Source: Candidatus Woesearchaeota archaeon (GTDB lineage Archaea > Nanobdellota > Nanobdellia > Woesearchaeales > DSVV01). Taken from it: a stretch of DNA of 61,177 nucleotides. Shown piece after piece: positions 16,948-24,271 of this stretch. Location: assembly GCA_016935125.1 (NCBI GenBank), contig JAFGRM010000035.1, positions 1-61,177 on the forward strand, read 5' to 3'. Position 1 is the first letter of the stretch; each line of letters opens with the position of its first letter. Below the pieces are notes generated by a model. It ran no database searches. It was given only the letters and a program-made list of their open reading frames with translations, and was not told where the DNA came from. A program made the position numbers and the translations under genes.

Positions 16948-19074
16948 ATGAAGATCTTTAACATCATGAAGAAGAATTTCAGGCTGCTCCTGAGATCAAG
17001 GATATCTGCGCTGATAGTCATATTCGGCCCGCTCGTAATCATACTCATAGTTGGCCTCGCGTTCAACAGCACAGGGACTGCGGTAATCAACCTTGGCTAT
17101 TATTCGCCTGATATGAACAACATGACAAGCTCGTTCATAAGCGTGCTTGACAAGGAAAGCTACAAGCTGGCTGAGTATGAATCGGTCGAAAGCTGCAAGG
17201 CGTCGCTAGGGTCAGGCAAGACCCACATCTGCGTGGTCTTCCCGTATGACTTCAGGATCGACAACACTAAAGTGAACGAGATAGACTTCTTTGTCGACAA
17301 CTCAAAGATAAACTTCTTCCAGTCTGTAGTGGACTCTATCGAGTCCGACTTCAACAACAAGGCGCTCGAGCTCACAACTGGCATGACCCAGGAGCTTCTG
17401 AATAAGCTCAACCAGACAACTGAAGAGCTTTTCAACAAGACCTCAGTGATAGAGCTCCTGAAGCAGGAGAACATAGAAACAAAGGAAGACATAGACAGGG
17501 TATCAGACGAGATAAGGTCGATAGACATAAATTTTGATTATGGAACAGTCGGCATCTCTGATGTTGAAAAGAGCGGTGATGAGGCAAGCAGCCTGATCGA
17601 CGACCTAAAAGATATCGCTGAAGATGCTATAGATGAAGCCTATGACCTGATTGATGATGTAGACGACTTTGCAGGAGGCAGCAACATGAGCTCATCTGAG
17701 ATCGACGAGCTGGATGACCTGCTCAACTCGACAGCAGAAAGCCTTATCGAACTCGTGAGCGAGCTCAATGATACCAACCAGTACTCAAACTCAACAGGCC
17801 AGCTATCAAGCGCGATCTCCACGCTGTCGAGCAATCTCCATGCCCTTGACACCAGGCTCGACGCTGCTGCCAGATCAATGGATGTTGCCGCAGGAAAGGT
17901 TCTTGACCTAAAAAAGAGGGTCAACGCAAGCATGGAAAAGATACTTGCAGTTGAGATGACATTCAATGCAATAACAACAAACATAAAAAATACACAAATC
18001 ACAAACATACAGACAATAGTAAGCCCTATAATAAAGAACGTAAGGCCTGTCGTGACCACGGACTCTCAGCTCAATTTCTATTTTCCATACCTTATTATGC
18101 TCATAATCATGTTCATAGGCATCCTCTTGTCATCAAACCTTATGATAATGGAAAAGACCTCACGCGCATATTTCAGGAACTTTGTCACTCCTACTGGAGA
18201 TTTCTCTTTCATACTTGGCGCCTATCTTACGACGATGACCATAATGCTGATCCAGCTCTCCATCATCATAACTATGTTCATATTGTTCTTCAGCAAAGGC
18301 ATAGTCCCAAACATCAGCATGGCAATACTTATACTCTTCATATCTACATCGATCTTCACGCTGATAGGCATGATCATCGGAAACCTGCTGAACTCTGAAG
18401 AGACAGGCACACTGACATCCATCTCAGTCGGAAGCATCCTCCTGTTCGTTTCAGACCTGATATTTCCGCTTGAGAAGATGCCTGAATACATCTCGTATTA
18501 CGCGAACCTTATTAACCCTTTTGTCGTATGCTCAGACCTGCTCAGGAAGGCCATTGTCCATAACGTTTCCTTCTATGACATCCAGCAGCAGCTGCTTGTG
18601 ATAGGTGGGCTTGCATTAGCGCTCCTGCTTCTGGTCATACTGTCCTATAAGTTCATAAAAAGGCATTTTCTCCTCAGGTACGCAGGATACCTGCAGAGAA
18701 GGGACATCAAGAGGCAGACAAGGCAACAGAGCGCGATAAAGCTCCTTGAGCTCATGAAGTCGCTGCCAAGCAGCCAGCATTTCATAACAAAAGACAAGAA
18801 AAGCCTTTCTAACCTAAAAGACCTCCTAAACTATATCGAGAGCCTAGACAAAGAAGACTTCCAGTACTACGTCGACAAAGAAAAGAACCTATTTGCAGAC
18901 TGGATCTCCCACATCCTAAGCAACGAGGTGCTTGCAGTCCAGCTCTACAAGGCAAAGAAGAAAAACAAGATAACAAAAATCCTGAGCAGGGCTGTAAAAG
19001 AGTTCGAAAAGCTGGAAAAACTGCAAGCTAAGAAGCCCACGAAACACCAGCTGAAATACAAGATTGCAAAGTAA
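16948..19074 (+). CDS. ABC-2 type permease with a large coiled-coil extracytoplasmic domain (YhgE/Pip-like) and a cytoplasmic C-terminal tail
   Basis: N-terminal TM, ~330-aa acidic coiled-coil region, a cluster of about 5 TM helices, then a ~130-aa Lys-rich tail. The start is 3 nt after the ATPase gene's stop codon. Confidence 0.8.
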   Translation: MKIFNIMKKNFRLLLRSRISALIVIFGPLVIILIVGLAFNSTGTAVINLGYYSPDMNNMTSSFISVLDKESYKLAEYESVESCKASLGSGKTHICVVFPYDFRIDNTKVNEIDFFVDNSKINFFQSVVDSIESDFNNKALELTTGMTQELLNKLNQTTEELFNKTSVIELLKQENIETKEDIDRVSDEIRSIDINFDYGTVGISDVEKSGDEASSLIDDLKDIAEDAIDEAYDLIDDVDDFAGGSNMSSSEIDELDDLLNSTAESLIELVSELNDTNQYSNSTGQLSSAISTLSSNLHALDTRLDAAARSMDVAAGKVLDLKKRVNASMEKILAVEMTFNAITTNIKNTQITNIQTIVSPIIKNVRPVVTTDSQLNFYFPYLIMLIIMFIGILLSSNLMIMEKTSRAYFRNFVTPTGDFSFILGAYLTTMTIMLIQLSIIITMFILFFSKGIVPNISMAILILFISTSIFTLIGMIIGNLLNSEETGTLTSISVGSILLFVSDLIFPLEKMPEYISYYANLINPFVVCSDLLRKAIVHNVSFYDIQQQLLVIGGLALALLLLVILSYKFIKRHFLLRYAGYLQRRDIKRQTRQQSAIKLLELMKSLPSSQHFITKDKKSLSNLKDLLNYIESLDKEDFQYYVDKEKNLFADWISHILSNEVLAVQLYKAKKKNKITKILSRAVKEFEKLEKLQAKKPTKHQLKYKIAK

Positions 19075-19289
19075 GAAAAGGGTAAGAAAAACCCTCAGCT
19101 AGGGCTTGTTTGCAACACCTAATAAAAAAAAGCCCATCATGGCTAATGTCTATGCTTTACCAACACACCCCAATAGGAATATTTAAATAACATGCACTTC
19201 TGCCGGTATAAGGCAAAGCACAGGTGTACGGCTTAATAAGATTTAAGATAACAAGAGACATGCACAGAGATGCGCTTTGCCTGTTATAC

Positions 19290-19431
19290 GCGAGGGTAGC
19301 GAAGTCTGGAAAACGCGCAGGACTTAAGATTAAAGGGCAGCAACATAATCCCTGCAAGGATTTGTTGTCCTTTTGTTGATCAGAAATCCTGTCCCTTAGT
19401 GGGTTCGAGGGTTCAAATCCCTTCCCTCGCA
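19290..19431 (+). tRNA. tRNA-Leu (anticodon UAA) with a 57-nt intron at the canonical 37/38 position
   Basis: Hand-folded. Acceptor GCGAGGG/CCCTCGC plus A. Anticodon stem CAGGA/TCCTG with loop CTTAAGA. Long variable arm. T-arm GAGGG-TTCAAAT-CCCTT. No CCA is encoded and a T-run follows. Confidence 0.85.
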
Positions 19432-19446
19432 TTTTTCAAAACCAAA

Positions 19447-19636
19447 AACTCTTTCTGTCGTGCTGTTGAAGCGAAGCGAAACAGCACTGGATGTATTTTC
19501 CCCAGGCTTTTATTAGGTTTTTGAGTTCTGGGTCTTGAGTTTTGGGTTCTTCTTATCGTACTAGAACTCTTTGCTTTTCTGTCGTGCTGTTGAAGCGAAG
19601 CGAAACAGCACTGGAAATATTTTCCCCAGGCTTTTT
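19447..19636. repeat. Two ~65-72-nt direct repeats (19447-19511 and 19565-19636), each containing the hairpin GTGCTGTT-(12 nt)-AACAGCAC followed by a T-rich run
   Basis: Read directly. The copies differ by a 6-nt insertion and a few substitutions. Confidence 0.6.
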
Positions 19637-19647
19637 TAAAAAGGCTG

Positions 19648-19685
19648 CGAGGGTGCAAATCCCTTCCCTCGCATTTTTCAAAACC
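19648..19685 (+). repeat. 38-nt duplicate of the tRNA-Leu 3' end plus its flank (matches 19406-19443 with one mismatch)
   Basis: CGAGGGT[T/G]CAAATCCCTTCCCTCGCATTTTTCAAAACC is present twice in direct orientation. Confidence 0.7.
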
Positions 19686-19740
19686 CAATCAGGTCATTGC
19701 CCATACTTATATTAATCAATCATTAAATCTTATCAAGAAA

Positions 19741-22509
19741 TCATCTGCCGGCCATCGCTTCTAAGATTTTCCCCAGCTCTTCCATATTCTCTCCAATCCC
19801 TGACCAGTTCCCCTTTGTCATAGCATCAAGGATATTTTCATAATAATCATTGGCCCTTCTAACTAGATTAGTATCATCTGTTATACCATCCATGTCTTCC
19901 TGATCTAAACCCTCTTCCAAATCATCTGGTTTATCAGGAATTTGGGTTTTTCCGAACAATGACTCAAGCGCAAGACCAAGGTTCTCTTCCATTACTACCC
20001 TATCCCCATCGCTTGCAAGGACGCGCTTTAGCTCAGGGAGCTGGCCCTTTTCAGACTGGATATAAAGTGGTTCTATGTAGAGGATCGAGTTGTCGATAGG
20101 AATCACAAGGAGGTTTCCCCTTGTTACCCTGCTTCCCTGCTGAGACCACAGTGTCAGCTGTTGTGATATCTCTGAATCCTGGTCGATCTTAGCCTCTATC
20201 TGCGAAGGGCCGTAGACGAGCTTGTCCTTAGGAAACTTATAAAGCAGAAGCTTTCCATACTTGCTGCCGTCTGACCTTCCTGCAAGCCACGCAACCATAT
20301 TGTCCTTTTTTATCGGCGTAAATGATGTCATCAGGACAAACTCTATATCATCCTCGCCTGGCAGTTTCATTATGATATAATAAGGCTCAACCCTTACCTG
20401 TTGGCCTGTCCCATAAATCTCATTGGGGATGTCCCATGCATCCTCTTTGTTATAGAATACAACATGGTCTTCCATGTGGTAGGTACTGTATATGGCTGAC
20501 TGCACTGAGAACAGCTCCTCTGGATACCTTATATGTTTTTTCAGCCCTTCAGGCATCTCTGAAAAATCCTTGAACTCCCCAGGATATATCTTTGAATATG
20601 TCCTGATTATGGGATCATCTCCTACCATGTAATATGTCAGCTTGCCGTTATACGCATCCATGACAATCTTGGCAGAATTCCGTATATAGTTTATCTTCCC
20701 ATGCTTCTGCGAATAGGGGAAATTACCTGTTGTCGTATACGCATCCTGGATCCAATATAACCTGCCATCATCAATCACAAGATAAGGGTCGCTGTCAAGG
20801 CCAAGGAAAGGCGTCACCTTCCTTATCCTGTCCTGGACATTCCTGTTGAACATGATCCTGCTGTCAGGGTTTATGCTGGATGAGAGCAGAATCTTTATGT
20901 CTGCGAACCTGAGCGCAAACAGCAGCTTTTTGGCAAATGAATCAAGCACAACCCCTCCGCTCCCGTCATAGTTGATATACTCATTGGTGTTCCCTTTCGG
21001 ATAGTTGAACTCGTCGGTCTTTGTATTCACAAGAACAAAGTCATTATCAAGCTCACCATAATAGATCTCCGGCCTGCTGATCATGATATTCTCATCATCA
21101 ACAGTGTATACAGGCGGGATATCCTTGACATAATACTCAGGGAGGCCTTCTCTTGTAACTCTGTTTACAGGACTCATGACAACACCGTAGCCATGCGTGT
21201 ATACCATATGCAGGTTGACCCAGGTCTTGGCATTGTCTGTAATCTGATCCTGCTCAAGTTCCCTTGCTGCAAGTATCACCTGCGTGTATTTCCCACTGAT
21301 ATTGTACCTGTCGATGTCAACGCCTGCAAGGTCATAGTAAAGCCTTATCTCCTGCGTCTGCTTGTATGTAGAGGTCAGCGGCCGCCAGTCAAGTATCCTT
21401 ATGTTCTCTATAGTGCCTGAGGCATCTGAAACAGCCGTTACTTTCTCAAACGGGAAATCCTCTTCAGTAACATCTGAGAGACCATAGGCTATCTTCGTGA
21501 ACCTTATGTTGTTATCTATATACTGCTTCTCGAGATTGATCTCATTAGGAGATACATAGAGCGACTGCACAATCGTAGGCAATATGCCAAGGCCGAGAAG
21601 CGCAATCAGGACATATCCAAGGAAAGCATAGGCAAGGATGCGCACCTTGTTCATCTTCGCCTTTGAGATATACACAGTCCATATGAAAAATATTACTGCA
21701 ATCGCTGCTGCTGCAAACATGAGAATCTTTACAGCAGGAAGCCAGACAACAACATCTGTATATCCTGCGCCAACAACTATCCCTTTCTCTGAGAACATTA
21801 TCGAATACCTTGAGAGGTAATGCTTCAGTGCAAGAAGAATAAAAAGGAACGAGACCAAGACTGAGATGTGAACGACCGCCCTCTTCTTCAGCTTCAGCAG
21901 CTCCTGCTTGAGGTTCACTGAATAACGGGGCATGCTGCCCATGCCTTCGCTGTCTTTTTCAGCATCCTTTCTTACAGATGGGTTCCTGAAAAGGCCTGAT
22001 ATGAAAGACTGCAGATAATCAAGTGTCACAATTATCGCTGTTATAATCATGCAGATAAAGGCAAATTTCCATGCCATCTGCAGAAATGGAAGTGAAAACA
22101 CATAGAACCCTGCATCCATGCCAAATATAGGATCTGAAACCCCGAAAGGCACCTGCCTGAGATAGATCATAAGCTGCATCCAGCTCGATGCGGTCGAGCT
22201 TGCGAGCAGATATGCAACAACCCCAGATAACAAGAGCTTTGCCTTTGTTGAGACCAGCTTGTTTTGGCTGTTATTATCCTTTAGCCTTGAAGATATGATA
22301 AGGTTCAACAGGAAAAAAATGAAATAGACAATCCCTGACACAAAGAACATCAGAAGCGATGCTTCAAGGTTTATTACGAAAATTTTGCTAAACCCCAATG
22401 CATCGAACCAGAAATAGTCTGTGATAAGCCTGGCTAGAGAAGAGATGGATACCATGACTATGAACACCAGAAGCGCTATCATTACAAACAGTCTGTTTTT
22501 CGAAGCCAT
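19741..22509 (-). CDS. UPF0182-family large membrane protein
   Basis: The N-terminus ...LITDYFWFDALGF... followed by about 7 TM helices and a large soluble domain resembles UPF0182/COG1615 proteins. Length 922 aa. Confidence 0.8.
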   Translation of the reverse strand: MASKNRLFVMIALLVFIVMVSISSLARLITDYFWFDALGFSKIFVINLEASLLMFFVSGIVYFIFFLLNLIISSRLKDNNSQNKLVSTKAKLLLSGVVAYLLASSTASSWMQLMIYLRQVPFGVSDPIFGMDAGFYVFSLPFLQMAWKFAFICMIITAIIVTLDYLQSFISGLFRNPSVRKDAEKDSEGMGSMPRYSVNLKQELLKLKKRAVVHISVLVSFLFILLALKHYLSRYSIMFSEKGIVVGAGYTDVVVWLPAVKILMFAAAAIAVIFFIWTVYISKAKMNKVRILAYAFLGYVLIALLGLGILPTIVQSLYVSPNEINLEKQYIDNNIRFTKIAYGLSDVTEEDFPFEKVTAVSDASGTIENIRILDWRPLTSTYKQTQEIRLYYDLAGVDIDRYNISGKYTQVILAARELEQDQITDNAKTWVNLHMVYTHGYGVVMSPVNRVTREGLPEYYVKDIPPVYTVDDENIMISRPEIYYGELDNDFVLVNTKTDEFNYPKGNTNEYINYDGSGGVVLDSFAKKLLFALRFADIKILLSSSINPDSRIMFNRNVQDRIRKVTPFLGLDSDPYLVIDDGRLYWIQDAYTTTGNFPYSQKHGKINYIRNSAKIVMDAYNGKLTYYMVGDDPIIRTYSKIYPGEFKDFSEMPEGLKKHIRYPEELFSVQSAIYSTYHMEDHVVFYNKEDAWDIPNEIYGTGQQVRVEPYYIIMKLPGEDDIEFVLMTSFTPIKKDNMVAWLAGRSDGSKYGKLLLYKFPKDKLVYGPSQIEAKIDQDSEISQQLTLWSQQGSRVTRGNLLVIPIDNSILYIEPLYIQSEKGQLPELKRVLASDGDRVVMEENLGLALESLFGKTQIPDKPDDLEEGLDQEDMDGITDDTNLVRRANDYYENILDAMTKGNWSGIGENMEELGKILEAMAGR

Positions 22510-22949
22510 CTATACTGAGGTAAACAAAGATACTTTTAAATCTTTGCACAAAATCGTTAATTGGCTTTAAAAAACCAAAAAACAATGACTAAAACCAGTC
22601 TCAACAAATAGCCTCCTTTATCAACCCATAGCTAAAACAAATAACTAAAACCATCAACTAAAATAATAACTAAAATAAACAACCAAAACAAATAGCAAAA
22701 CAACCAAAACAGCATAGACCAACAATCAAAATCAATAACTTAATATACTAATGTTGCGCCACTTTATGCTGTTTTTATCCAGTGATAAGATATACGGGTG
22801 ACTCTGCAATTGTGATAATATAAATTGTAATTATAAATTGTAATAAGTAATTATGCAGATACAAGATAACGCAATATGTTTTAATGCAAAACAAAACAGG
22901 ATTCAAAAAATGCAGGATCCTATATGGATCCGTGAGTTTGGAGGGGGGT

Positions 22950-24236
22950 ATGATGATAAAAGAACTGTATTCGCAAACATCAGGTAAGGCTAAAAAGATC
23001 ATGCTGCTTGGCTGCGGAGAGCTGGGCAAGGAGGTCATAATAGAGGCACAAAGGATGGGATTCTGCACTATCGGCGTTGACAGATACATGAACGCGCCAG
23101 GGCACCAAGTCGCCCACAAATGGTATGCAGGAGATATGAAGAACGCAGGGTTCCTCAGGTCTGTCGTAGAGAAGGAGAAGCCTGATTTTATCGTGCCTGA
23201 GATCGAGGCGATAAATCTCGACATGCTCATGAAGCTTGAAGAGGAGGGCTATAACATCATCCCAAACGCAAAGGCGACACACACTGCAATGCAGAGGGAA
23301 AGGATAAGGGAAACAATAAGGAAAGCGGGCTGCCTGACATCAAAATACTATTACGCAACAGGATTTGACGAGTTCAAGGACGCCTGCGAAAAAGTGGGCT
23401 ACCCATGCTGGACAAAAGCGATAATGGACAGCTCAGGCCATGGATCCAGCTTTGTCAAGGGGCCAGGGGACGTGAAAGCTGCATACGAAAAAGCAAAGAA
23501 CGAGGCAAGAGGCTCTGGCGAGAAGATGATAATAGAAGAGCATGTACCTTTTGACATCGAGGTGACTGAACTTGCGGTCAGGCATTATGATGAGAACAAT
23601 AAGGTCACAACCTCCTTCCCAATGCCTGTCGGGCATTACCAGACAAGAGGCGGGGACTACCATTCAAGCTGGCAGGCAGCTGAAGTCAGTGAGAAAGCAG
23701 AAAAGGCGATCTATGACACTGCAAAGAAGGTGACAGACGCACTTGGCGGAGTAGGCATCTTCGGCTGCGAGATGTTTGTTGTCGGAGACAAAGTATATGC
23801 CAACGAATGCTCACCAAGGCCGCATGATACAGGGATGGTCACATTTGTGACGCATCAGACAGGCTACTCAGAGGCAGGGCTCCATGTCAGGGCGATAACA
23901 GGCCTTCCTGTGCCGACTGAAAAAAGGCTTGGCTACAACGGCATTCCCATGCTGACGCCAGGTGCAACGCACGTCGTGCTGAGCCCTTACGAAGGATATG
24001 ACCCTGCATTCGGTAACCTCTACCCTGCATTCAATGCAAAAGGGATAAGCTTCATGCTGTTTGGAAAGCCAGAGGCACACACAAACAGGAGGATGGGCAT
24101 TGTCCTTGCGACTGCTAAAGATGTCCATGATGCAAAGATAAGGGCTGAGAAGGCTGCCCATATGATCGAGATGAGGACAAGGCAGAACCCTGCATGGATG
24201 CAGCAGACTGACAAGGAGAAGCATCTCATAAAGTAG
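22950..24236 (+). CDS. purT: Formate-dependent phosphoribosylglycinamide formyltransferase (GAR transformylase 2)
   Basis: KIMLLGCGELGKEV..EAQRMG...VPEIEAI ATP-grasp pattern. I prefer the start at 22950 (GGAGGGGGG precedes the ATG). The ORF-track start is 22884. Confidence 0.9.
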   Translation: MMIKELYSQTSGKAKKIMLLGCGELGKEVIIEAQRMGFCTIGVDRYMNAPGHQVAHKWYAGDMKNAGFLRSVVEKEKPDFIVPEIEAINLDMLMKLEEEGYNIIPNAKATHTAMQRERIRETIRKAGCLTSKYYYATGFDEFKDACEKVGYPCWTKAIMDSSGHGSSFVKGPGDVKAAYEKAKNEARGSGEKMIIEEHVPFDIEVTELAVRHYDENNKVTTSFPMPVGHYQTRGGDYHSSWQAAEVSEKAEKAIYDTAKKVTDALGGVGIFGCEMFVVGDKVYANECSPRPHDTGMVTFVTHQTGYSEAGLHVRAITGLPVPTEKRLGYNGIPMLTPGATHVVLSPYEGYDPAFGNLYPAFNAKGISFMLFGKPEAHTNRRMGIVLATAKDVHDAKIRAEKAAHMIEMRTRQNPAWMQQTDKEKHLIK

Positions 24237-24271
24237 CTTATAGCTTAACTGCCATAGGGGATTTGCTCAAT

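Noticed and set aside
19648-19685. Possible 3' half of a split tRNA gene (Nanoarchaeum-style)
   Set aside because: The fragment contains only the T-arm and the 3' acceptor strand. It has no anticodon-stem half and no upstream complementary leader. It is also nearly identical to the intact tRNA-Leu nearby, so duplication or an att scar fits better.
19157-19688. Two 91-aa minus-strand ORFs
   Set aside because: They overlap tRNA-Leu, its intron and the hairpin repeats. They are explained by the RNA gene and the repeats rather than by coding.
22915-22931. GGATCC-TATAT-GGATCC hairpin just upstream of the purT Shine-Dalgarno sequence, as a possible riboswitch or attenuator
   Set aside because: It has only a 6-bp stem, and I could not find flanking conserved purine-riboswitch elements. 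It may simply be two BamHI-type palindromes.
22510-22949. Replication origin, considered for the 440-bp AT-rich divergent spacer and also for 3506-3674 next to rfcL
   Set aside because: There is no adjacent orc1/cdc6 gene. I could not recognise ORB or mini-ORB inverted repeats. The repeats are direct and A/C-skewed, so the evidence is insufficient.
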